NCBI GenBank assembly: GCA_002172625.1
Contig: NHEN01000002.1
Span: 1-42,822, forward strand
Direction: 5' to 3'
DNA length: 42,822 nt
Source: Verrucomicrobiaceae bacterium TMED86
GTDB taxonomy: Bacteria; Verrucomicrobiota; Verrucomicrobiia; Verrucomicrobiales; Akkermansiaceae
Part shown: in pieces, positions 23,659 to 32,732 of the stretch
Position numbering within the stretch: position 1 is the first letter of the stretch
Layout: each line of letters starts with the position of its first letter
Translations under genes and position numbers: made by a program
Notes under the pieces: model-generated
What the model was told of the DNA's origin: nothing
Seen by the model: the letters and a program-made list of their open reading frames with translations, nothing else
Database searches by the model: none

Positions 23659-24439
23659 CCTCCTCATCGCAGGCGCCGGATTTCTTGGCTCGGAAATCGC
23701 CCGACAAGCGGCCCCGGATTTCAAGGTCACCACGCTCACCAAATCCGGCGGCGATGGCTCGCTCGCCTGCGATCTCTCCTCGGAGTCCGAGATCAAAAAG
23801 CTCCGCGAGAAAATCCCCACCCCCGATCTCATCATCCACTGCGCCAGCTCCGGCCGCGGCGGACCCGAGGCCTATCAAGCGATCTTCGTCAACGGCACCC
23901 GCCGCCTCAAAGAGACCTTCCCGGAAGCCCATCTCCTCTTCACATCCAGCACTTCCGTCTACCATCAGACCGAAGGCGAAACCGTCGATGAAACCAGCCC
24001 CACTTCTCCCGAACGCGAAACAAGCCGCCTTCTCTTAGAAGCAGAGAAACAAGTCGATACCGCCGCCCGCCTTGCCGGGCTTTACGGCCCCAACCGCAGC
24101 GTCATCCTTCGCAAGTTTCTCGCCGACGAAGCCGTCATCGAAGAAGACGGCCGACGTATCCTCAATCAAATCCACGTCCAAGACGCCGCCAGCGCCTGTC
24201 TCTTTTTAGCCAAGGGAAAACACTCTGGCGTCTTCAACGTCACCGACGACGAACCGATGAGCCAGCTCGAATGCTACCAAGGCCTCGCAAAGCACTTCAA
24301 CAAGCCCCTCCCTCCCACCGGCGAGCGCAAGCTCTCCAACAAGCGTGCATGGACCCACAAGTCCGTCAAAAATGCAAAACTTCGCCATCTCGGATGGAAA
24401 CCCAAATTCCCCCACTTTTTCTACGCTCTCAAAGAGTAG
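23651..24439 (+). CDS. NAD(P)-dependent epimerase/dehydratase-family (extended SDR) protein
   Basis: Tracked ORF 23522..24439. The likely start is the ATG at 23651 (MTNLLIAGAGFLGSEIARQ, a Rossmann GxxGxxG). It overlaps the amidase stop by 8 nt. SSTSVY lies in the catalytic region. Confidence 0.7.
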   Translation: MTNLLIAGAGFLGSEIARQAAPDFKVTTLTKSGGDGSLACDLSSESEIKKLREKIPTPDLIIHCASSGRGGPEAYQAIFVNGTRRLKETFPEAHLLFTSSTSVYHQTEGETVDETSPTSPERETSRLLLEAEKQVDTAARLAGLYGPNRSVILRKFLADEAVIEEDGRRILNQIHVQDAASACLFLAKGKHSGVFNVTDDEPMSQLECYQGLAKHFNKPLPPTGERKLSNKRAWTHKSVKNAKLRHLGWKPKFPHFFYALKE

Positions 24440-24507
24440 ACGAAAGCTCCAGCTTTCGATCCCTGCCATCCACAATGAAAGCTGAAGCTTTCAACTATTC
24501 TCCTCTG

Positions 24508-25905
24508 CTACGCGATAATCTTATCCACCAGCTTGCTATCGCGCTTCTCTGGTCCTAATTCACTCTTCGCTCCCGTGGTCTTGATCATGGTATTGTAAAC
24601 ATCCAAGCCTTCGGAATTCACATCAATAATCTCGCCGGTCTTAAGTCGTCCTCCTGCTCCGGTCACGGCATGGAAGACGCCTGAAAGCTCGCGCTTGGTA
24701 TCGTTATGACGACCGTCACCCGACTCCGTGGAAATGGTGATCATGGCATTCTCAAGAATCGTCTTCCCATTCGCCTCGCGACAGTCATCAGCCGAAAGCA
24801 AGGACAAGAAATGCGCCACTTCGCGCATCTTCATATGAGCATGCATGCGAAGCTGTTCGTTTTTCTTGTCTTCTCTGAATTTGTGCCACCATTCGTGAGA
24901 ACACCCCTTGTCGCCCGACGCCCTCAACTGCCCGGGGTCGTCAAAGGTGTAACGCTTTTCTCCATTGTAAAAGTAGTCGCCCTTCAGACGAATCCGCTCT
25001 CCGGCTGCCAAAAATGTCAGCGACCCAAAACGCGCGCGATCGGTTTGAATCGCGAGCGCATAAAGCTCCGACATCAAGTGCCATTCCCGCGTTAACTCCT
25101 CAAGAGTAATATCAATTCCCTGCCCGCCCGGATCAGCCTTTCCACCATGAGGTAGCTCTGACGGCTTCGGCTGATCGGGAGCATTTTGATCGACTTCAAA
25201 TTGAAAAGCCCGGCGTTCGTATTCGCGAACCCGGTCAAGATGATCCTTGAAACGCCCTTTCGATTCCACCCCCAGCGGCGAACGATTTCCCGAATAAAAC
25301 TGATACTGCTCCAGGACTGAATCAAGCACGCTCTTCTTCAGCCGCGCACTCGCTTCATCCACCCCCTGAATCCGACCAAAGACCCGCGCAAAGACATCCA
25401 TCGGGCGTTCCTGCATCGAAGCCGCCACCGTGCCGTCCTCTTTATAGGAATGCACGTAGCGACTCACCCGGCTACGACGGAAAAAAGTCCCCGCCACCAG
25501 CGTCGGCACAATCCCTTTTGGCTGACCATTGGGATAGTGCTCCTTGAGAAGAAGCTGATCAATCGAGGCTCCGCCCGACTTTGCCTCGCCATCCGGTCGA
25601 GTCGCCGTGAATGCTGCCGACGCCCCATCAAAATGCGCATTAATCCCAGACTCATCAGCCCGCACGTGATCGACGCCCCGCATGATGAGCAACTTATCCG
25701 CGAGCGGCTTAAGTGGCTCCATCACTCCGTCAAATCCCTCCTTCTGAAGTGGAGCCGGAATACCCAGCCCAAAGAAGACATTGAAAGCCCGCATGGGAAT
25801 CTCCGAGGCCGGTTTTTTCACGGTCGCGGCCAGCGACATCTCCTCGAAAAACGGCAAGCCAATCGTGGTTCCGGCAAGGCTGCGAAGTAAAGTGCGGCGG
25901 TTCAT
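24508..25905 (-). CDS. DUF1552 domain-containing protein
   Basis: 465 aa. It has a Tat-like N-terminus (MNRRTLLRSLAGTTIGLPFFEE). The general sequence character, and its position 4 nt downstream of a DUF1592-type gene, match the PVC DUF1592/DUF1552 pair. Confidence 0.75.
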   Translation of the reverse strand: MNRRTLLRSLAGTTIGLPFFEEMSLAATVKKPASEIPMRAFNVFFGLGIPAPLQKEGFDGVMEPLKPLADKLLIMRGVDHVRADESGINAHFDGASAAFTATRPDGEAKSGGASIDQLLLKEHYPNGQPKGIVPTLVAGTFFRRSRVSRYVHSYKEDGTVAASMQERPMDVFARVFGRIQGVDEASARLKKSVLDSVLEQYQFYSGNRSPLGVESKGRFKDHLDRVREYERRAFQFEVDQNAPDQPKPSELPHGGKADPGGQGIDITLEELTREWHLMSELYALAIQTDRARFGSLTFLAAGERIRLKGDYFYNGEKRYTFDDPGQLRASGDKGCSHEWWHKFREDKKNEQLRMHAHMKMREVAHFLSLLSADDCREANGKTILENAMITISTESGDGRHNDTKRELSGVFHAVTGAGGRLKTGEIIDVNSEGLDVYNTMIKTTGAKSELGPEKRDSKLVDKIIA

Positions 25906-25909
25906 AATT

Positions 25910-28447
25910 CTACTGAGTGATCAAGGGTGAGGTGGCCAAAGCGGTAATGACATTCTGATAGGTATGGCCGCGCTTCGTCGATTCCAAATGCACGGAATAA
26001 AGATGCGGGCGATCGCTTGTCGCGATGGGGCGCCCGAGAGCAAATTGGGCCAACTTCCAGGTAATATTCTCCTGCACCCGCTGACTGGCTGCAAGGAGGT
26101 CAAACAACTCCGGCGCGGTGTGATATTTCACCACCTTCTTCGCCCCGGGAATGAAGACCTCGCCATCCTGCCGAAGGTCGTTCTTAAACCCGTCGACTAT
26201 GGAATAATGTCCGGTGCCATCATAGCGCTCCAAGGCAAAGGCCAAGGGCTCGAACTTGGCATGACACCCTCCGCAAGACTCTGCTTTCATTCGCTTTTCG
26301 GCGACATGTCGTTGAGAGCGTCCCGGCGCCGAAGGAACTGGCGTGGTGTCCGTTCCAGGCGGCGGATCCTTCACCGAACCACGCAACAAGTCATGCAAGA
26401 CAAACAATCCCCTCGTCACCATCGAGGCATCATCACCACCCATCGTGAGCAAGCTTCCCTGGGTCAGCAACCCTCCGCGCGAAGGATTCTTTTCAAGATC
26501 GACCCGCTTAAGCTCCTCCTCTTTTCCTGAAACCGTCAAACCATAATGCTTTGCCAAACGTGGCGTCACAAAGGTTACTTGCGCATTCAAAAGATCGGAT
26601 AGAGGTCGCTTCTCCTCCCACAAAATATGCTTCACGAAAGCATCGGTCTCCCGCCGCATATCATGGGCCAATTTTGGATCCCAATTGGGATACTTCTCCT
26701 TTCCAGGCTGCAAGTGATCAAGGCGCTCCAGATGCAGCCACTCCGCGATGAAGATCTGGGACTGTGTCACCGCCCGGGGATCTCGCAGCATGCGCTCGAC
26801 CTGTTTTTTGATCTGCCCCGAATCATACAATTGATTCCTCTTAGCAGCCTCCAGCAACTCACCATCCGGCGGCCCTCCCCACACCAGATAACTCAATCGC
26901 GAAGCGATTTCATACGAGCCAATCTGTCCTTTCGGCTCGATCCGATAGTGAAACTTCGGCGACTGCAGCATCGCCTGCAGGATATACCCGACCGCGACAT
27001 CAAATCCTTCTCCCGTCGCTACTACGGTAGTGGAAATCCCCTGATAGAGATCCACATCCTGACTGCTCAACGGCCCTCGCAACACCCAGTGGCCCATCGA
27101 TTCGATCAAGGCCCGAATGGGCTTCTGAGTGACACTTCGACTCCTTGAAAACCTCTTCGCAAAAGCCCCGACATCCATCCGCTCCACAATCAACTCCGCC
27201 AAACGGGCATGCGCTTCGACGTGCTTGAAATCGACCCCCAAATTATACGCGGTATTGGTAAACCCATCCGCTCGCAAATCCGGCGGCAGCATTTCCATGG
27301 CCTCTTCGAATATATCCACGCCCGTGACCACACGCACCGTTTCAACATACTCACTCCGGGTGAGACGACGGGGGTAATTCTGAGCGTTAGAGTTCAAGGT
27401 ATGCGCCGAAGGGTCAAGTGTTTCGCTCGTCCAAACCGCGCCCGTTTCAATCCACTCGCGAAGATATTTTTTCTCTGTCGAGGTAAGAGCATCGCGTTTC
27501 TCGGGCATCTCATCCGACTCCACCGAATCCCAAAGCACACTCTTCTTGAGGTGACCTGCCGAGATCACTTTCGCATCAGCAAAAGCAGTCGTCCGCTGGG
27601 AAAGATCGAGGTCCCCTTCCGCCGTGCTGGCATCGTGACACTCCAGGCAATGCCGCGCAAAAATCGGCTCGATCTGTGCAATAAACAACTCCCGGCTCCG
27701 CCTTTTCGCCAACTCCGCCGGAGTGGCTTTTGGCCTCGGCTTATGTCCCGACTCAAAAAGTCCACGCACCTCTGATTCGCTCAGGGCCCGATCATAAATC
27801 GCGACCTGATGGTATTCCCCCAACCACGGCCGGTCTCCGGTAAATTCATTTCCCAATGCCAACAAATACCCGCCATCCCAATTGCTCGTTGCGCCACTGA
27901 CCGTCTTTTCTCCGGACTTCCGGCCATTCAGAAAAACCCGCGCCCTGCCATCCCGGCTCCGCGTGTAAACGACGTGCGTTTTTTCCAGCTTCACACTTCG
28001 TCCCGATGAGGGAAGCGACGGGATCCCGTTCTTGTCATTTTTCGTGGTCCGCAAACGCACATCATACTTGTCTCCCTCCTGCCCAAGAGTGAAATTTCGG
28101 TGAGTCGAATCCTTCGAAAGACTCACGATCCGCGCGGGACCGGCTTGTTTCCCATTCGCCGGAGTGATCCATGCCGACAACGTTATCTCTCCCGACTTCT
28201 TCACCGCAGAAATCAATCTCGCCGGAGGACGTTCACTTTTGATCATCGTCGACTTGATCACACGCAATCCACTCGCCTCCCGCTTCACCGCCTTGAGATC
28301 AGAAATGACCAAATTCACGGCCGGCTTCGCTCCCGATTGGTCCACAATCTTCGCTCCACTCTTCTCATCGAATTGATACAGCACCACCGGCTGTGGAGCG
28401 CCCCTTAAGGACGATGACGCGAGAAAGATAGAAAGCAACAAACGCAT
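25910..28447 (-). CDS. DUF1592/DUF1588/DUF1585-family protein with N-terminal LamG-like and planctomycete-type cytochrome c (CxxCH) modules
   Basis: Tracked ORF 25910..28495, whose start is a TTG. The first ATG, with a signal peptide (MRLLLSIFLASSSLRGAP), is at 28447. It has a LamG-like block (WLGEYHQVAIYDRALSESEV), a haem motif (IFARHCLECHD) and the C-terminal CGGCHAKFEPLAFALERYDGTG typical of DUF1588/1585 regions. Confidence 0.75.
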   Translation of the reverse strand: MRLLLSIFLASSSLRGAPQPVVLYQFDEKSGAKIVDQSGAKPAVNLVISDLKAVKREASGLRVIKSTMIKSERPPARLISAVKKSGEITLSAWITPANGKQAGPARIVSLSKDSTHRNFTLGQEGDKYDVRLRTTKNDKNGIPSLPSSGRSVKLEKTHVVYTRSRDGRARVFLNGRKSGEKTVSGATSNWDGGYLLALGNEFTGDRPWLGEYHQVAIYDRALSESEVRGLFESGHKPRPKATPAELAKRRSRELFIAQIEPIFARHCLECHDASTAEGDLDLSQRTTAFADAKVISAGHLKKSVLWDSVESDEMPEKRDALTSTEKKYLREWIETGAVWTSETLDPSAHTLNSNAQNYPRRLTRSEYVETVRVVTGVDIFEEAMEMLPPDLRADGFTNTAYNLGVDFKHVEAHARLAELIVERMDVGAFAKRFSRSRSVTQKPIRALIESMGHWVLRGPLSSQDVDLYQGISTTVVATGEGFDVAVGYILQAMLQSPKFHYRIEPKGQIGSYEIASRLSYLVWGGPPDGELLEAAKRNQLYDSGQIKKQVERMLRDPRAVTQSQIFIAEWLHLERLDHLQPGKEKYPNWDPKLAHDMRRETDAFVKHILWEEKRPLSDLLNAQVTFVTPRLAKHYGLTVSGKEEELKRVDLEKNPSRGGLLTQGSLLTMGGDDASMVTRGLFVLHDLLRGSVKDPPPGTDTTPVPSAPGRSQRHVAEKRMKAESCGGCHAKFEPLAFALERYDGTGHYSIVDGFKNDLRQDGEVFIPGAKKVVKYHTAPELFDLLAASQRVQENITWKLAQFALGRPIATSDRPHLYSVHLESTKRGHTYQNVITALATSPLITQ

Positions 28448-28503
28448 GACAAACCGGATCTGACCTATACGGAGATCGACCGGAGAATTTTCCAAGCAAA
28501 AGA

Positions 28504-30273
28504 TTGGCCCTCAACGATGACAGACCTATGTTTTCCTCCATGAGATCAGCGGCCCTGTTCCTCGCCGTCGCGGCCGGATACATCCTGCTGCAAGGATCTC
28601 CCGTCTCATGGCATCCCATTCTTCGAGTTTGTCTTGCCGTCACCGCCCTCGTCATCGGCATCATTATTTGGGGAAAACGAGACAAACCCACCAGCACCGT
28701 GGCCCAACCAGCCCGTCCGCCCAGGTGGCTCGACTACCTCACTGTCGGGGTTGCTCTCCTCGTCGTGGAGTGCTTTTTCCTCTTCGTCCTCGCCACTGTT
28801 CCTGACAAGGCGGAAATACTCGCTCTCGATCTCGATTCCCATCTCCATCCGGAAGGGTATGAAACCGAAGAAGAATCCGGCCCCGGTGAAGGTGCTGGAA
28901 AAAGCTCCGGAGATCAACTCAGCTCAGGCAACTGGCTCTGGCGCGGAAAAGGCGAAATCCATCTTCAAAGCAAAGGTCGGATCCGCCCCTCCAACCGCCC
29001 GGAAGTCTACCTCTGGCCCAAGAGCGACAAAGACTACAAGCTTTTCAACAACAGCCAGCGCTTCCTGAGAATCTTCACTCTGGCCACTTACAAGAAGGCC
29101 GTTTGGTCGCCTCTCGTCACCGTCCCCCGCACTCTCACCGCCGAGGATGGCCGGATCGCTCTCAATTCAAAATCCGGAAGAACCGTCGAATACGAAATCT
29201 CACACCAGGAAAATGCCAAGGGCCGTAGCCTTGCCGTCACCATTCCAACGCTCAACTCAATCGAAATTCCCTTCCTCCGCGAAACCGCCGCAGACACTTT
29301 CCGCCTCCCTCCCATCGCCGCAGACAAGACCATTTATCGCTATGCAGCCACCTCCACTTTGGGAACCTTCGACACCATCCCGGAATCGGCCTCCTTTGAA
29401 CCCGCCATCGACCCAAGAGGCGAGTATCTCCAACTTCCCAAAGACGATCTTCTCCGCGAGCGCCTCGACACTCTCGCCGCGACCTTCACCGGGTCACCCC
29501 GGGAATCACTGAGACAACTCCGCGCCCATCTTTTGCAAAATTGCACCTATTCGCTCGAAGTCGATATTCCTGATGGGAGCGATCCACTCGAAGACTTTCT
29601 CTTCGAATCCCGCAAAGGCTACTGCACTCATTTCTCCAGCGCCGGAGCCCTCCTCGCCCGCGCATTGGGGTTCCCCTCCCGCGTCGCCTTTGGATGGTCC
29701 GGAGGTCGCTACTACGGAGGACAAAACTTCTACGTCTTCCGCGGTCGCGAAGCCCACGCCTGGACCGAGATTCATCTCAAAGATCACGGCTGGGTCATCT
29801 TCGATACCACTCCGATTTCACGAGGGGAAGGATCCCCCAGTGTCGCCAACCAAGATGAGGAATCGCCCACCGATTTTAACGAAATGACGGACGAGAGCCT
29901 TACCGTCGGCTCGCTCGCTCCACTTAAAAATGCCGCCCTTGGCGTTGGCTCCATTGGCCTCGTTACCTTTATCATTGCGGTCATTGCCCGTCGCCCCAAA
30001 GAAAAGGATGCCGCTACCCGCTCTGCCGCCAATCACCTTCCACCCAGCCCTAACTACCTCACCCTTTTCAAACAAGCCTGCTCCGCCCACGGATACCCCA
30101 TGCCCGCCGGTCGCACCCTCCGCACGCACCTCGATCTCATCCCTGCCCCGGCCTTCGCCACTGACCTCCTGGACTACCACTACGCCGTGCAATACGCCGA
30201 CGCCCCGAGAGACAAGAAAAAGGAAAAGTCTCTGTCTCAACAACTCCGCCGCTGGGAGCAAGAGAGGCCTTAG
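28504..30273 (+). CDS. transglutaminase-like (TgpA-type) integral membrane protein
   Basis: 589 aa. It has N-terminal TM helices and a transglutaminase core with an intact Cys-His-Asp triad (KGYCTHFSSAGALLARALGFPSRVAFGW, EAHAWTEIH, VIFDTTP). A late TM helix follows (LGVGSIGLVTFIIAVIA). The track start is non-ATG; in-frame ATGs at 28528 and 28540 are alternative starts. Confidence 0.8.
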   Translation: MALNDDRPMFSSMRSAALFLAVAAGYILLQGSPVSWHPILRVCLAVTALVIGIIIWGKRDKPTSTVAQPARPPRWLDYLTVGVALLVVECFFLFVLATVPDKAEILALDLDSHLHPEGYETEEESGPGEGAGKSSGDQLSSGNWLWRGKGEIHLQSKGRIRPSNRPEVYLWPKSDKDYKLFNNSQRFLRIFTLATYKKAVWSPLVTVPRTLTAEDGRIALNSKSGRTVEYEISHQENAKGRSLAVTIPTLNSIEIPFLRETAADTFRLPPIAADKTIYRYAATSTLGTFDTIPESASFEPAIDPRGEYLQLPKDDLLRERLDTLAATFTGSPRESLRQLRAHLLQNCTYSLEVDIPDGSDPLEDFLFESRKGYCTHFSSAGALLARALGFPSRVAFGWSGGRYYGGQNFYVFRGREAHAWTEIHLKDHGWVIFDTTPISRGEGSPSVANQDEESPTDFNEMTDESLTVGSLAPLKNAALGVGSIGLVTFIIAVIARRPKEKDAATRSAANHLPPSPNYLTLFKQACSAHGYPMPAGRTLRTHLDLIPAPAFATDLLDYHYAVQYADAPRDKKKEKSLSQQLRRWEQERP

Positions 30274-30534
30274 TTTCCATGAGAAACACCCAATGAAAGG
30301 AATCGGAATCATTGGAGAAATGATCCCTAGTGTCATTCTTGGAGGAATTCTGCTCGGACTGGTGTCGAGCTCCGTTCTCCTGACTACTCTCTCCCCCTGC
30401 TCATCCGCCTCCCCCGCGAAGTAGGCCTCATACTCGAAAGCTCCGGCGACCGGGCCTGCTTCTCCAACCCTAGCCTCTTTGCCTTCGAAAAAGTCTGGAT
30501 CTACCGAGGCATGTAGCACTTACACTGCGAATGA

Positions 30535-32646
30535 CTAATCCACCCCCCGGATCACTTTCAAAAACGGTTCGAGGTATTTGGTCGCCTTCGCTTCCCCGAT
30601 CCCCTTCACCAGTAAACCTGCTTCCATCGTCGATGGCCTCAACCTCGCCAGGTGCTCCAACGTTTGATTTGAAAAGATGACATAGGCCGGCACGCGTTCG
30701 GCTTTTGCCATGCGATTCCGAACATCCTTCAATCGCTCATAAAGCTTCGCATCGAATCCAAGATCCTCCAAAACCACGCCATCATTCGACACTTTGGAGC
30801 CCCCGCCTTGCACCGGCCACTCAAGAGCGTAGCTGGTCTTTCCTAACATCACTTGCTCGCCACGTTGAGTGAGAGTCACGAGAGGATACTCGCCCATCTT
30901 GGTCACCAGCAGGCCACCTTCATGCAAACTCCGCGCCAGCGCATTGAGGTAAGCGGTGCCTTGCTCTTTGAGCATTCCGTAGGTTTTCAGCTCATGCAAT
31001 CGCACGCGCAGCACTTCCTGCGACTTGCTCCCCACCAACATTTGCACAATTCGCCCTCGCCCAAAGATGCCTTCCCAACCCGTCGGGGTCCGTCGTGACA
31101 TCCGTGCCACACCGCTGAGAAATTTGCGCGTAATCAAATCCTCATCCTCGGTCGGCGCCCTTCGTTCACTGCTCTCCTCTCCCCGGCAGACATCGCAACT
31201 CCCGCACAGCGGCGCATTGATCTCCCCAAAGTATTCCAGGACCCACTGCTGACGGCAGGTATTGCCATAGCAAAACTGGACCATCTTCTCCAGCTTCTCG
31301 CGATCCCGTCGTTCCTTCTCCTCCAACGCCGCTTCATCGAGCACGAGATCCTTCGCCACGACATCCGGCTTGAGTAACCTCGTCCCCTTCGCCCGCGATC
31401 CCGGCACATCGAAGCGCTCGATCCACCGACCCCTCAGCAATGATCCCAGCGCCGCCCCAATCGCCATACCATTCTTAGCCCCGATCGCCTCCTTGATCTG
31501 ATCCAAGGTTTCATGCGTCTCAAAATTCTCGTCCGCGTGATTAAGAAAGTATTGATAGACATCGCGAATCATCCCCGCTCCGGGATTCACACCATCAATG
31601 AAAAATTCCTGCGTCCGGGTGTCAGCGTAATTGAAGAGCAACTCACAAAAAGCCGCCTCCCCGTCACGTCCTGCACGACCCGCTTCCTGATAGTAAGCCT
31701 CCACCGATCCCGGGATTTCAAAGTGCACTACGAAGCGCACATCCGAGCGATCGATTCCCATGCCAAAAGCATTCGTCGCCACCGCGATGTCCGCCTTTTT
31801 GGAAATAAAAGTATTTTGGGTATCTTCCCGCTCCTGGTCACTCATCCCCCCATGATAAGCGACACATTTCAGCCCCCAGGAATGAATCGTCTCGGCCACT
31901 TCATCAACTTTCTTTCGCGTGGCACAATAAACGATCCCTGTCTTGTGCGCCTTCAGCACCTTTTGCAGTCTCGCGTATTTCTGCGCCACCTTCTCCACCG
32001 CCGTCACGGTGAAACTAAGATTCGGACGCTCAAAGCCGCTGATATTTTCGAAAGGCTCACGAAGTTGCAGCACCTTCCTAATATCCTCCCGCACTATTGG
32101 CGTGGCCGTTGCGGTGAGAGCCACACACTGGGGACGACCAAGCGCCTCCAGCGCCTTCCCCAGCTTCATGTAATCCGGCCGAAAATCGTGTCCCCATTGG
32201 CTCAAGCAGTGCGCCTCATCAATCGCCACCATCTCAATAGAAACATCCTTCAAGGCGTCCATAAACGAAGAGGCCTTAAATCGCTCCGGCGCAATGTATA
32301 CCAGTCGATAATCCCCCCGCCGCATTCCATCCAGTCGTTCCTTCTGCTCCGGCCAGCTTAAGGTCGAGTTGATCAAGGTCACGGCAACGTCCCGCTCTAC
32401 CAGCGCATCGACCTGATCTTTCATCAGCGCGATCAGCGGGCTCACCACCAAGGTCACCCCTTCCCGGCAAAGCGCCGGCAGCTGGTAACAGAGTGACTTA
32501 CCACCCCCCGTCGGCATGACCACCGAGCCGTCCTGTCCCGAGAGAATATCCCCGATCACCACTTCCTGCCCGTCAAGGAAGTCTTCGAATCCAAAGACTT
32601 CCTTTAAAACTTCCCGCGCGCGATCAAGAGATGACATCACAGCCAT
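30535..32646 (-). CDS. recQ: ATP-dependent DNA helicase RecQ
   Basis: 703 aa. Motifs seen: PTGGGKSLCYQLPA, VAIDEAHCLSQWGHDFRPDY, ATNAFGMGIDRSDVRFVVH, a Zn-binding Cys cluster (CRQQ...CGSCDVC) and a C-terminal HRDC-like region (LYERLKDVRNRMAKAERVPAYVIFSNQTLEHLA). Confidence 0.95.
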   Translation of the reverse strand: MAVMSSLDRAREVLKEVFGFEDFLDGQEVVIGDILSGQDGSVVMPTGGGKSLCYQLPALCREGVTLVVSPLIALMKDQVDALVERDVAVTLINSTLSWPEQKERLDGMRRGDYRLVYIAPERFKASSFMDALKDVSIEMVAIDEAHCLSQWGHDFRPDYMKLGKALEALGRPQCVALTATATPIVREDIRKVLQLREPFENISGFERPNLSFTVTAVEKVAQKYARLQKVLKAHKTGIVYCATRKKVDEVAETIHSWGLKCVAYHGGMSDQEREDTQNTFISKKADIAVATNAFGMGIDRSDVRFVVHFEIPGSVEAYYQEAGRAGRDGEAAFCELLFNYADTRTQEFFIDGVNPGAGMIRDVYQYFLNHADENFETHETLDQIKEAIGAKNGMAIGAALGSLLRGRWIERFDVPGSRAKGTRLLKPDVVAKDLVLDEAALEEKERRDREKLEKMVQFCYGNTCRQQWVLEYFGEINAPLCGSCDVCRGEESSERRAPTEDEDLITRKFLSGVARMSRRTPTGWEGIFGRGRIVQMLVGSKSQEVLRVRLHELKTYGMLKEQGTAYLNALARSLHEGGLLVTKMGEYPLVTLTQRGEQVMLGKTSYALEWPVQGGGSKVSNDGVVLEDLGFDAKLYERLKDVRNRMAKAERVPAYVIFSNQTLEHLARLRPSTMEAGLLVKGIGEAKATKYLEPFLKVIRGVD

Positions 32647-32732
32647 TCAAATGAACACCTATCGAAAGTGCAAGAAAATCAATTCAGTTGCATGGTTTTG
32701 GAGAAATGGCACGTTCACGTCCGCCAAAACAA

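Noticed and set aside
28503-28562. Apparent 1-nt discrepancy between my hand count and the ORF track at the transglutaminase start, which looked like a possible frameshift
   Set aside because: The track translation is continuous and was computed from the sequence. All other coordinates I checked agree with the track, so I attribute this to my own base-counting error and used the track coordinates.
29818-30519. Tracked 233-aa minus-strand ORF overlapping the 3' end of the transglutaminase gene
   Set aside because: It is mostly antisense to a gene with a clear catalytic core. It has no motifs and no plausible start context.
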